In this document: one piece after another, positions 37,268-48,751 of the stretch
Position numbering within the stretch: position 1 is the stretch's first letter
Layout: each line of letters begins with the position of its first letter
Origin: Toensbergia leucococca
Lineage: Eukaryota
Direction of reading: 5' to 3'
DNA length: 49,470 nt
NCBI GenBank assembly: GCA_022813965.1
Contig: JALDZS010000069.1
Coordinates: forward strand, 62,001 to 111,470
Notes under the pieces: generated by a model
What the model saw: only the letters and a program-made list of their open reading frames with translations
The model's database searches: none
Told to the model about the DNA's origin: nothing
Program-made: the position numbers and the translations under genes

Positions 37268-40200
37268 ATGGTTCGAAGGTCGTCGATCATATTCGCAGCG
37301 TCCTTGGCAGTGCTGTCAACATTCAATCCGCCAATATGCTTCGCTGCTGCTGCACCAGCTCCTGCAGCAACCGCGTTTGAAAACCCGAGATATTACTACC
37401 CTAGACTCCTCAAACGCCAGATCGTGACTAACGGCACCTTTTCCACCCATACAACCATATCAGAGACCCCAAGTGACAGCTCGGATCTATCACCCATGAT
37501 TGAGCCCACTGACACATCCGACATAATACCCTCGAGCTCAGCAGTCCAAAGTTCAGACACTACAACCCCTTCTTTAACACAAAGTGGTTCCTCATCGTCA
37601 GAAGAGACGCCTACCGTAACCTCCACGCCGACGAATGTAGTCTCAAGTGACTCTACAAATCCTACAACGCTACCTACTTCCACCTCTATAACCGATCCCA
37701 CCGTAACGAGCGATATCTCAACAACCCAACAAACTCTGTCCGCAAGCCAAAGTAGCGGAGATGCTTCCGCTTCGGCAACTCCGTCTGACTCGTCAAATCC
37801 AGTATCCGACTCTCTATCAACACCGTCAGGCTCTGCCACTAGTCAATCTTCAATTGATGCCTCACAAACCAGTCCGCCTATCTCAATTGGTATCACGGCT
37901 ACCGACTCGACCACTGCGACGGAGACTAGCGCAACGAGTATCCTCACAGGGACAGAGACTACTCTTACGCAACCAAGTGAGTCGAGTACTACAGGGTCAA
38001 GTCAAGGGTCTTCGGATCTCAGCCAGTCTACCCCGGCGCCAACAGGTACATCTACTGATGGTGGATCATCAAACGTAATTCCTCCGAGCTCCAGTGAATC
38101 AGGATCGAGCACACCTACAAATGATGGATCGCCTAGTATCACTCCTCCTAGCTCCACCGATACCAGTCAACCAGGATCGAGCACAAGTATTAGTGACGGA
38201 TCTCCGAGTGTCACCCCACCTAGCTCATCTGATACAAGTCAACCAGAAACGACTACAGTCGCAAGCGGCGTATCACCAAGCATCACTCTCCCAGGTTCCA
38301 CCGATACCAGTCAGCCAAGCTCGAGTGGATCCACGGATGGGACGCCGTCCACTGTGATCCCTTCGAGTTCCTCTGATACCAGTCAGCCAACGCCTAGCGG
38401 ATCTACAGATGGTGTGCCATCTACTGTGATCCCTCCAAGCTCCTCTGATACCGGTGTGCCATCCACTGTGATCCCTTCAGGTTCCTCAGATACTAGTCAG
38501 CCAAGCCTGAGCGGGTCTACTGATGGTGTCCCGTCCACTGTGATACCTCCAAGTTCCTCTGATACCAGTCAGCCAACGCCCAGCGGATCTACGGATGGTG
38601 TGCCATCTACTGTGATACCTCCAAGTTCCTCAGATACTGGTCAGCCAAGCCTGAGCGGATCTACCGATGGTGTCCCGTCCACTGTGATACCTCCAAGTTT
38701 CTCTGATACCAGTCAGCCAACGCCCAGCGGATCTACGGATGGTGTGCCATTTACTGTGATTCCTCCGAGCTCCTCTGATACCGGTGTGCCTTCTACTTTA
38801 ATCCCTCCGAGTTCCTCTGATACCGGTCCGAGCGGGTCTACGGATGGTGTGCCGTCTACCTTGATCCCTCCAACTTCAACAGTGGGTCCAGAATCTTCAA
38901 CTGGTACTGCGGAGCCTGCGTCATCGCCAAGCGCTCCAGACACGACACCCACTTCAGGTACAAGCATTATCTTTGGGCCATCTGGTATTATTTCCAGTAC
39001 GTCAGCCGCTGGTACTACGGATAATTCGGGCGAAAGTATTAGTGCTTCTCAGCAATCAGTGAGCAGCCCAACGAGTGGAAGCATTGTTTTTGGACCTTCG
39101 GGCATCATTTCACCTACGACTGCTAGCCCAAGTGAGACTGGAACATCTGGATCGATTCCTCAATCCACCGAGCCTCCTTCCCAGAGTGACTCATCGGCAT
39201 TGACTCTGATAACGACGCCGCCTCAAAGTGCTACTAGTTCGACCCTATCAGCGACAGACACTAGTGCACCCAATCTCGTTTCTGTAGCAAGCTCAATCGA
39301 GTCCGCAGTCAGCTCTATTCTGTCAACGGCAGGAATCTCCGGCACAGCATCAGCACCTCCCTCAGTGATCAGCTCAATTCAGTCTGTAGTAGCCTCAATC
39401 ATATCACCGGTATTGACTAGCGCTACTGCATCCACGCCACCCTTATCTGCGTTGAGCTCAGTTGACTCTGCAGTGAGCTCCATCCTATCATCGGCAGGTA
39501 TCTCTGGTACAGCGACCATACCTCTTTCAGTATTGAGCTCGATTGATTCTGCCGCGTCTTCTATCTTGTCGCCGACAGAGACTGGTACTACCCCCACAGC
39601 AACAAGTGTGACCAATCCTCTATCTAGTGTGATTGCCTCCCTAACATCTGCTCTGGGAGTCTCGACCCTGAGTCTGGGAACGGGGTCTAGCGCTGTGTCT
39701 TCAATCTCACAGTCTTCAAGTACATCTAGTGATGCTGTAGTCGTACCTATAGCGACTGCTTCAAACTCGGGTACAGGCAGTGTGGTATTTGCTACGCAAT
39801 CTCCAAGTGCCTCCAGCGGAACGGAAGTCATCCCTATCGGGACCTCATCATTGACAGCAGAAGGTAGCGAATCATCCACGTCACAGTCGCTTGCTGCCTC
39901 AAGCGGCACTGTGGCAAACACTGTTGCAAGTCCGTCGGCTTCAGGATCAGCCAGTGGACTGTCTGCTTCGCAAGTCTCAAGTGGGTCAGGGATCATTCCC
40001 ATCACAAGCCTGTCGGGTTCCCAATCGGCGTCTGATATTTCCGAAGCGTCTCTTGCCTCTACCGGTCCTTCTCTTTTGTCTGGAGTCACCCCAACCAGCA
40101 GTGGCTTGCTAACAACCGCTCCACCTTCTGGTATCAGTGCCTCACAGTCAGGTACAGGAGCGACGGTTTCATCAGGTTCCGTCTCGAGCGGGGGAGTCAC

Positions 40201-41398
40201 CATTGCTTTGCCTTCTTCCAACACCGTCACAGGAACTCCTACTTCGGGGAGTGCGGTCTTGGCTACTGAAACCGGCCCAAGCTCAGCTGCGCAGACCTCT
40301 GGACAAAGTGGGATCCCCACTGTGACTGCACCTGCTCCGGGATCTACCCTTCCATCGTCCAGCGAGACTGTCGTACCAACCACCGGGTATGTAACAACAG
40401 GGCCACATGCCATTCAGCCAACTGGAAGCAATAGTGCAACTACCCTGTCTATTCCATCAAGTATCATGTTCGAGCCAACATCAGCGATGCCAAATCCGTC
40501 CTCAGTCACTGGACCACCTACAATTCCTTCATATGTACCCCATGTTATCAAACCTCCTGGCGGTGTGATCCCAGTACAACCTCAAAACACTACACTCATC
40601 CAGATCGGGTTCAATCAATCCCTCAACTACGACTTTGTGGTTGCCAACACCCTATCTCAATCGCAGATATTTGAGTTCCTCCCTGAAGGTATTGCATTTG
40701 GCCTCAACGTTCCCATAACAAATGTTACGATGCAAATCCTTGTGCCTTACGACACAACTCAAGAGGGCCTAGACTACGTTCCTACGCTCGCATTAGCATA
40801 TGTCCCGTCCGACATGGTCGACTCTCTTGGTCTTGATCTGCACGTGCCGCCCTCGAACTTTTACAATAACCCAGATGTCGCTGTTCGAACCCTAGTATCA
40901 GCGATCAACCCCGCATTCCCTATTCTAGCCGGCGGCAAACTTGGTGGTGCAAACGGAATTTCATATACAGGAAGCTCTCCGTCTTCTACAGCCACTTCAA
41001 CTGTAGACGACGGTGCACCCTTAGGCAGTGGCTCGGGCAATTCTGCACCTGTGAATGGCACTTCCGTCGGTATCGGAGTTGGAGTGGTCTGCGGCGCAGC
41101 GGCCTATGGCGCAGCAATGTTCTTTGTTGCACGACGGTACAAGAAGAGGCGACAAACGCACTACCGCTCTCCATCTCTCCTCAATTCACCAGTCATGTCC
41201 CAGGGCCCTCACGATTTTATGGGCGGCGCACATACAGCACTCATGTCTGGTGGACGAGGAGACAGCTCAAGAAGTATGTCGCCGCTTGGATACGGCTTGC
41301 GGGACAGCAGAGGCAGTGGCGGTAGCGGAAGTGGCAGCACAGTGAGGCAACAGATCAGTGCGCCGGTCATGGCGGAAAACTCGCTGGGCTGGAATTAA
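37268..41398 (+). CDS. MSB2: Signalling mucin Msb2, 1376 aa
   Basis: Signal peptide, Kex2-like LKR, long Ser/Thr-rich region, HMH domain (TLIQIGFNQSLNYDFVV...QIFEFLPEGI), one TM helix (VGIGVGVVCGAAAYGAAMFFVA), RRYKKRR and the conserved C-terminus ISAPVMAENSLGWN. Confidence 0.95.
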   Translation: MVRRSSIIFAASLAVLSTFNPPICFAAAAPAPAATAFENPRYYYPRLLKRQIVTNGTFSTHTTISETPSDSSDLSPMIEPTDTSDIIPSSSAVQSSDTTTPSLTQSGSSSSEETPTVTSTPTNVVSSDSTNPTTLPTSTSITDPTVTSDISTTQQTLSASQSSGDASASATPSDSSNPVSDSLSTPSGSATSQSSIDASQTSPPISIGITATDSTTATETSATSILTGTETTLTQPSESSTTGSSQGSSDLSQSTPAPTGTSTDGGSSNVIPPSSSESGSSTPTNDGSPSITPPSSTDTSQPGSSTSISDGSPSVTPPSSSDTSQPETTTVASGVSPSITLPGSTDTSQPSSSGSTDGTPSTVIPSSSSDTSQPTPSGSTDGVPSTVIPPSSSDTGVPSTVIPSGSSDTSQPSLSGSTDGVPSTVIPPSSSDTSQPTPSGSTDGVPSTVIPPSSSDTGQPSLSGSTDGVPSTVIPPSFSDTSQPTPSGSTDGVPFTVIPPSSSDTGVPSTLIPPSSSDTGPSGSTDGVPSTLIPPTSTVGPESSTGTAEPASSPSAPDTTPTSGTSIIFGPSGIISSTSAAGTTDNSGESISASQQSVSSPTSGSIVFGPSGIISPTTASPSETGTSGSIPQSTEPPSQSDSSALTLITTPPQSATSSTLSATDTSAPNLVSVASSIESAVSSILSTAGISGTASAPPSVISSIQSVVASIISPVLTSATASTPPLSALSSVDSAVSSILSSAGISGTATIPLSVLSSIDSAASSILSPTETGTTPTATSVTNPLSSVIASLTSALGVSTLSLGTGSSAVSSISQSSSTSSDAVVVPIATASNSGTGSVVFATQSPSASSGTEVIPIGTSSLTAEGSESSTSQSLAASSGTVANTVASPSASGSASGLSASQVSSGSGIIPITSLSGSQSASDISEASLASTGPSLLSGVTPTSSGLLTTAPPSGISASQSGTGATVSSGSVSSGGVTIALPSSNTVTGTPTSGSAVLATETGPSSAAQTSGQSGIPTVTAPAPGSTLPSSSETVVPTTGYVTTGPHAIQPTGSNSATTLSIPSSIMFEPTSAMPNPSSVTGPPTIPSYVPHVIKPPGGVIPVQPQNTTLIQIGFNQSLNYDFVVANTLSQSQIFEFLPEGIAFGLNVPITNVTMQILVPYDTTQEGLDYVPTLALAYVPSDMVDSLGLDLHVPPSNFYNNPDVAVRTLVSAINPAFPILAGGKLGGANGISYTGSSPSSTATSTVDDGAPLGSGSGNSAPVNGTSVGIGVGVVCGAAAYGAAMFFVARRYKKRRQTHYRSPSLLNSPVMSQGPHDFMGGAHTALMSGGRGDSSRSMSPLGYGLRDSRGSGGSGSGSTVRQQISAPVMAENSLGWN
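38120..38875 (+). repeat. Coding minisatellite in MSB2, 72-bp (24-aa) unit DGVPSTVIPPSSSDTSQP(T/S)(P/L)SGST with shorter 39-bp variants
   Basis: Repeated GATGGTGT(G/C)CC(A/G)TC(T/C)ACTGTGAT... units are visible in DNA and protein; about 8-10 copies, more diverged toward the 5' end. Confidence 0.9.
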
Positions 41399-42359
41399 TG
41401 ATAAAATGTCCGTCTGCTTTGGGCCGGGAATTTCTTGTATTATAAGCGACTAATTACATATTCGGGGGCCATCTACACATCGCACGTTTGCCATATCCTC
41501 CGGAAGCCGAGCTACAAAAGCTTCGGGTCCGTCTGCGAGGAATAGAAAGAGTTTCTTGGGCACGGTAAGCTTTGATTCGCTCGGGGAGCGAAAGGGGCGT
41601 TGGGTTAATATTCCTTGTCCCTGAGAAATTGGAGATCTATTGTCATCTAGATTATCCTCGTATCTTTTTCTTTTCTTATTTTACTCATTTTCTTTTCTAC
41701 ATTATTTTTGCCGACTTTGGCATTCGAGATATCCCCTCGTCTTGTTTCTGAGTTAGGGATTTTTTGTGAAGCGCCCGGGGGGGGAGCGGAAAAGATTTGG
41801 ATCTTCAAATTTCGGACGTGTATACTACATTGTAGTGGACAGATGGAGATATCTAAAGATTTTAATCTCGTCTGCTCGTGTCTGCGTGTGTGTGGAGAGT
41901 GAAAAAAATGATTTTGAATCTCAACATAGCAACTACCCATCCCAATATTCTGTGTCTACTGTTCTCTTGTTTTCTACGCTGCGGGGGCGGGGGCGCGGAT
42001 ACGGGGGAGGCATTGTAGAAGAAGTGTTGAGAGCCGGCTTCAAGGAAAAAAAAAAGGCTCGATAATGAAACACTCGAAATGAGAATCTGTATGATTTTTT
42101 GTTTCCAGCCCTGATTTCTCCATCCCAATCCCACTCACTCCACCGCCTTCCGCACCAGTGACCCCCGGACGGAAGGGGAAGTAAAGGAAAATCCTCAATC
42201 GAGGAAGGAGAAGATATCTTACTAAACGTCCCACCCCTTTCAATCTCCCGCCTCCCCCAGCCCACTGCTAACTTTCCCATATCAGATATCACCCATCACC
42301 TGCATGCAATACTCCTCCCCGCACTTGGTCCGAAATTGGAGTTTCTGACTGCTTATGAT

Positions 42360-42545
42360 TGGGTTGTTGGGAGAAGCGACGGGGAGGGGGAGAGTGTGTG
42401 TGTGCGTTTTTTGCCGGGGGGGGGGGAAGGATGGAGTTTTGGGATTTTGAAGGGGGGGTGTTGAGAGGGGAGGGCTTTGTTGAGAGGGGAAGGGAGGGGA
42501 GGGGTTGTGGGATTTTCCTTTGGGGGTTCGGTGAGTAGAGGGTCG
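42360..42545 (+). repeat. G-rich low-complexity tract
   Basis: More than ten runs of 3-11 G separated by short spacers. Confidence 0.65.
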
Positions 42546-44842
42546 GTATGAAAAGAAAGGAAAGCTAGGGGTGTTTGTTCTTTTTCTGAATTATCTTGTT
42601 CAGACCCAAAAGGAATGAATTTGCGCGTGTGGGTCCGTGGATTTTGAGAGTTGGAAAGAGAGGATTCTGCGGGAGCACATAGCATAGAGCTAGAGCTAGA
42701 GGTAGAGGAGATTGATCAGAGGGAAAGGGGTGAGTCTTTTGCAGGAAGGATAGATAATTCCGAGAAAAAAAAAGTACGAGTATTGAAGAGGAAGGGGCTC
42801 GAATCTTGAGACAAAATCTACCTATGAATGTCATCGAACGAATACCATACCCTCAACACAAAGACCCGATACAGCCCTCTTCTGCCTACTGCGAAAGCGG
42901 GGGCCAAGGAGAATAACGCAGCCTCCTCATTTGGCCGGGTAGGAAAATCACCGGTAAAGTTCGCATCCACTGATATTGATCAAAAAATACACGCGTATTT
43001 CATTTGAAGTAGAAAGGCGATACCCAAGAAAAGACAATACAAACTTCAACTCCAACTCTGCGGCCCTCCCCTCTCTGGAAAAAAAAGCCAGGTAAAAACC
43101 AGATGAAACTGAACAAAACCAATCAAAACCCGACCAAAAGCAAAAAACTCTTTCTCCCTCACATACGAGTCACAAGACTAAAGAGATATCGGGCATGTCC
43201 CGTCCCTCCACTCTGCCAATTCGAAAGGCTGAAACCGAGCTGGTGAACCCTTGTGTCGACTTGTGGCGGAGTTAGGACGTTCAGCGAATGCTAGCATTGT
43301 GTGTTCTTTTTGTGCTTACTTCCCCCCTCGCGGCCCCTCCCCCAGGTGTTCTGATAAAAGGTGAGCCCAGGGTAGGAAACTTTGATGTTTGAAAATTGGT
43401 GAGAAAGAATGAAATCAGGGGTTTGAGAGATGGTTGAAAGTTGGATTGGCTGGGGGCTTTCGTCAGGGCCTGTAGAGGTAGGTAGACTGAACGCGCAAGT
43501 GAGGGAGAGGTAGCGATGCTTGTGTGATAGCTGATGTTGTGGAGAGTATTTGCTTCTTGAATGGAGTCTATTCACACGGCTATGGATACAGCAGCAGCTT
43601 GAGACCATAGAGTTGGAAGAGCGCTGTCCTCCCAATGCCTCAGAGATGATCAAAAGCAAGGCTAGACAGCATGTAGGTATTGTTTCTATTCAATTTAAGC
43701 TGAATCTGGACAGTGAAATAATGGGACTCGAGAGTGATAGTTAGCTGAATAATGGCATGTGTTAACAAAACGATGGGCTCGGTCGCGTAAAATGAGGAAA
43801 AGAGCTGCTGGCGATGTGAATGCCGAAATTAGATCCGAGTGCAGGGGCTGGGAATGAAAATCAAAGCGCAGGAGAAGCATAACTCGAGTAGGGACTCACG
43901 AAATTCTCATCTGTATTGGGAAAAAGAGGGACCCGAAGTCTTCACAAATAAAAGGCTCGTCAACTAGTAGGACAGACTTGGAGATGAAGGAAGTAATGCA
44001 GGTGTCAACTATGTGTTTGCAATAGCAACTCGAGGTAATCATATCGATCACGTTTGGGATTCCGAAGAAGGGCGACCATTTGATTTATTCGCTGCTGGAC
44101 TTTGTGAGCCCGCCGTTTCGCAGGTTGGCTTGGCAGCGCATTTGTACTTTGGCATGAAGGCTTCCCCAAACACAGTAAGCTCATATGACTTCACGAATAG
44201 TAGTGAGGGGAACAGTATGTTGCTAACTCCGCTGGACGAGCTAAAATTGAAAGTCGCAGAAGCAGAGGAAGCCTGAGACAACCAAATGCCAGAGGACGAG
44301 AAATGGGAGAAAGATGTTGATAGCTTAAGATCTGCAACCTGCGAGCAAATGAAGTGTATAGAGATATCATGCCCCATGGGGAAAACGGGTATGTGCATTA
44401 TCCCGAGTCAAAGAATGCCTCGCGTGAAGTAGATGTCGATCGGTGTCGAATTGTAGAAGTAAGTGCAACTGAGAGCGCGGGATTGATCACAGGAGCGGCA
44501 TCCGAAAGATAGCATTGAAATATTAACGTCGGTGGACTGTAGATCTTCAAATGCAGAAGTGTTCATTGCTGTCTTCCATTGCCGTTTTTACCATCTAGAC
44601 TGGTCTCTTGGTCTTTCGTAATGTCTAGCAAAAGAAACATGTTCCCAAGAAAACATTGAAAGAAATTTCAACCCTGTTAAAGACCCCGTTCGACAGTAAA
44701 AGAGAGTCATGAAGCATGGACACCTGTCGTGTACTGTGCCCTTCTTAGGACTACCTGCAAGTGTGTGCGGAAAAAAATCGTGGTATTCGGATATAGTGTT
44801 TTGCGAACCAAGTCGAGTTGTACGATCGTACCGCCAGACTGC

Positions 44843-45731
44843 CTAGGCTTTCTTGTTGTTGATAGCCTTTAGTGTGACCTCACTGCATAGCATTGCCAAA
44901 GAAATTAGTAAAAAGGATGCCAAAGTGGGCTCCGAAAGAAGAAATTGAGTACAGCATTTTGCTGATAGCATAGTTATCCCATCAATTCATTTAGGACAAT
45001 TGAAAACGTAAGAAAACGAGACAACCACATCAGGGTTGTTTGGTGTCTAAAAATGTTGAAAATTACCAGGAATGCCAACTTACAAGACCAGAGTGGAATT
45101 CGGAGGAATGAGACCTGGGAAGCCACTGACACACAAGAGACACCACCGTCAGTGAATAGAACGGTGCGCATTAGAGTGGCCAACGTGGATCAAGGGAGTC
45201 AAAGCCTGGAAATGGGGGCTTACTTATTGCCGTACGCGTAGTCGCTGTGAAAATGATAGTTGATTAGCAAATGTGAGCCAATGTGAGTAAATCAAACATG
45301 CAGGTTAGACGGAGAGAGGAGAGTTGAAGGATAGACGTACCCTGATATGGTCAAGATGCTCGTTTCACCCAAACTCATCTCTGCCACGCCGTCATCCCAA
45401 CCTTTGGCCGATCAGCCATTTCCGACTCCCAGAAAACAGAAAGAGATATCGGCCAGTCGATTGCCAAACTTACCTCGAATAACTTTGCCAACACCAATCT
45501 GGGTCTTGAAGTCTCCACGGCCTTTGGAGGAATCGAACCTCCATGTCGGAATGCTAATTAGATTACTTGTGCAAAGCATGGGCCGGGATGCACTTACTCT
45601 TTGCCTCTATAGTCATTGTCGGCCTGGGACTGGTCGTAGAGGTTGCCAGTATACTCAATGGTGGCTTCGTCTCCTTTCCGTGGGAAGTCGGTGCCGTTCC
45701 CCTGCTGCACTACTTTCCTGGTGACACCCAT
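44843..45731 (-). CDS. fpr1: FKBP12-type peptidyl-prolyl isomerase (FK506-binding protein), 120 aa. Exons 45731-45598, 45538-45474, 45401-45341, 45244-45224, 45125-45084, 44882-44843
   Basis: Spliced translation: MGVTRKVVQQGNGTDFPRKGDEATIEYTGNLYDQSQADNDYRGKEFDSSKGRGDFKTQIGVGKVIRGWDDGVAEMSLGETSILTISGDYAYGNNGFPGLIPPNSTLVFEVTLKAINNKKA*. Five GT-AG introns; 363 nt in frame. Not in the ORF track. Confidence 0.95.
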
Positions 45732-47466
45732 GATGACTGGCTTTCTGACTCAGGTGGTACTGGCTGTAGGGTGCGATGGTAGTGAAGGAAACAGTGGTAG
45801 AGTGGAAAGAATTGAAAGCAATAATGCAGGCACCCGATGTGCTTGGTTCTCAGAGCTAGCAAGGAAGAAGGGGCAAGTGAAACTGGAGACGGGGCCGCAA
45901 AGGGCCAAGGAGGGGAAGGCCTCGGAGAACGTTGGTAGTGTATACTTTCATTCGCCCAACGTTTGTTAGGCCCACAAGTCTCCTCGGTCGAGGGATACCT
46001 AGAGGTGGGGCCATGTGTGTCCCCTCAGTGGCATTTGCGTGTTCAGGCAGCATTGCGATTGCTGGCTCAATGCTTGCTGCAAGCCTTCTGGTCAAGTGTC
46101 GAATGGAATAAACTCTCTATCCCACTTGGTCTGGTGCTAGAGAAGCGAGAGTTGTGCACAGTGGACTGTGATTGCATCCATTACAAAAGGAAATGCATCG
46201 TGGGGTTCGACATGTGTCTGCTATCGAAGGTTGGGACTTCATGCTGGAGCTCTGTGTGTGTGTCTCTTCCCTTGGTCTCTCTGGTCTCTTTGGGACGTGG
46301 TCCTTGGTGTATGAAGTCAAGGTAGGCCACAAAGGGACATGGGGTTAAACTAGAGGCCGCGAGAGGCTTGACAAATGTCTCAGTATTTCCGGAGTGGTCT
46401 ACAAGCGTGGGTACATTGACTATCGTACACTTGTCTGTCGAGTACAAGGACAGAGGCATTGCACCTGCCGTTTCGACATGCATGGCCGAGTCTTCTGTTG
46501 CAGCCACCAAAATCCTTCCGCTGCCAGTCAAGACGCCGCCCCGCTTATCCCGGTCCTCTGGGTTCACTGGTTGCGAGTCTGGACGATGCTCCGGCCACGA
46601 CCGCAGTAGTGATGACGTGAGACACCGAGTACGTGCGCGGGCGAGTGCGAGTGCGAGTGCGACGGTGATCGCTGCCGATGGCGCCATGGATGTTATATGC
46701 TCGTCTATGTCCCACGGTACTGTTCGGCCCCAGCCACTGGTGAGTGGTGAGTGGTAGTGGTGAGTGGTGACTGGCATATCTAATGCTGTGCTGGCAATCG
46801 GCAAGTCATCCAAATCCAATCTGCGTGGGGGTGAATCTACCTACTGCCTTACCCTTATCATTTCCCTCCTCCCTCCTCCCTCCTCTAGGCTGCAGCTACC
46901 ACTGGCTTCCTCGGTTTCTGGCGATCATTGGAGTTCCGTTTGCGAGCCGCTAGTTAGAAAGGCACTTCGTGATTCTGTATGCCGGTACCTGATGGCAAAT
47001 GCGGGGAGAAAGCTGAAGACCACCCGCAGCATGGCAAAGTACAACTACAATCGTTCAAGTTCAATAGCTAGGTGCTCAAGTCCTTGATCTAGAGAGACGC
47101 AGGGCAGAGGTCAGATCTGTAAACCAGATGGACCTCGAGCCCTGCATTGGCCCTTCCCTTGTTTGCTCTAAGGTCGTCTATGACAGCGGCCCACGCAACG
47201 CCGGCAATTTTTGTGACCAATACATTGTCATTTCCGTGGCCTTTCCAACGTTCCCGATACACTGGTAAGGCATACACTAATTCTTTGTCCTTAATTCTGT
47301 ACTATTCTTCCGGCATCCACAGACGGAGCTGTCGAGAGGAGCCTAGAGCTATCCTGGCCAGATCACCAGCCCAAGGTCTGGTCACGTTGCGACAACAATG
47401 AGGTCACAAGGAGGTGAGCAGATGATGGTATCCTGCGCCTGACTCGAAGATCTGCGTTCATTTGGA

Positions 47467-48495
47467 TCATGTGAAGAACCCATGTTTCTTGACGTCTATC
47501 AAGCTTACCGCCCTCGTAGAGACGCCCGGAAAACGCACGTCTCGTGAAAGTCTTCCTTGTTCGAAATAGACCATATCACGGATGCCAATGTCCTCAGCGA
47601 AGCCTAGGACCCGGCCGTAGTTTGCGCCTACCTGGTCGACACCATGACTGTCGTCCGAGAGCGTGAACTGTCCACTTAAATCTAAGAATACCTTCACACC
47701 ATTCATTAGTAATCCGCCTTGCGAGCAACTTAATCAGTTCGCGCCCACTTACCTTGCAGATCTCTGCCTTGGGATATGGCTCGCTCATCCCCTTCCTCAT
47801 TGCTGCTGAATTTAGCTCAAGGATGCCTCCGTACTCGGCTATGAACTTCAGATTTCTTAGTATTCTCTGCCAGACACCTTCCCACAACGTGAAACTTGCT
47901 TCCTGGTTGTCGCTTTTCAACCGGATAAGATCAAAATGTCCAATGATTGGAGGCTTCAATGCTTTCAGCATCTCGTACTGTGCATCGAAGTAATCTTCTG
48001 CTAATTGTGCATCAGTGCCTCCAGATTTGTCGCGCGCTTGCACATACAATTTATGGTCATAGTCAATGGGAATAGTATGTACATGGTGGACAGATCCAAT
48101 AAAAAGATTGAACGGATATTTTTCCAAGAGAGCTGTAATGAATGTCTGCGAGGAAGGCCGAATCCAGTCAATCTCCATGCCAATTAGAATGTTTATATCC
48201 GATGCGTGCGCTTTCTGCACTCGGATGGCTTCGTAATAGTAGGCGTCAAAAAGTCTGAAGAGGTCGAGTGACTCCTGCGATGCCTTGGTCCCCATACCGT
48301 AAGCTAAGAAAGTAACGGAGCGCAGGATAGCAGAATCACCTCCTCAGGGTAGAAATCCTCCCGAAATCGAGGCATGTGCTCCGTCAATGCAAATACCTGC
48401 ATCTTCTGTGTAATAGCCGTGCCTACCATCTCCTCAAGCGTATTTCTTGCATGGCCACAGAACTGTCCCGAATGACTATGATGAGAATATGGCAT
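47467..48495 (-). CDS. HIS2: Histidinol-phosphatase, PHP family, about 300-303 aa. Exons 48495-48340, 48283 (or 48274)-47753, 47691-47467
   Basis: Motifs MPYSHHSHSGQFCGHA, ALTEHMPR, GSVHHV, IGHFDLIRL, ELNSAA and TLSDDSHG. The intron-1 acceptor is ambiguous between two in-frame AGs. Confidence 0.95.
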
Positions 48496-48736
48496 GACTT
48501 CCCCAAAACAGCAGTGAAGATGAAGACAAAGGGTAACCTCGCATTTATTTGGGCAAATTTCTATAAAACAGATACATGTAGCCTTAGCACGGTCAAGTCA
48601 ATGTTAGTGAGTGAGGATGAAGCCAACACCGGTGAATTTGTTGTCGTTTAAATTAAAGTTGTGCTCGGTAAAATTTTATCAATCGGCAAACAAAAATGCA
48701 CAGAATTGAGGAACCCTCAGTTTGGACATAAAATTG

Positions 48737-48751
48737 AAAACAAAAAGCAAA
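48737..48751 (-). terminator. Pol III-type oligo-T terminator after the tRNA 3' exon
   Basis: TTTGCTTTTTGTTTT immediately follows the discriminator base. Confidence 0.7.

Noticed and set aside
38120..38875. CRISPR-like regular repeats
   Set aside because: In-frame coding repeats without unique spacers, in a eukaryotic gene.
39379..40413. 344-aa antisense ORF and other antisense ORFs over MSB2, VPS72 and the RING gene
   Set aside because: Shadow frames of low-complexity coding sequence on the opposite strand.
43290..44400. Short ORFs on both strands downstream of FKBP
   Set aside because: No homology cues or consistent exon chain could be built.
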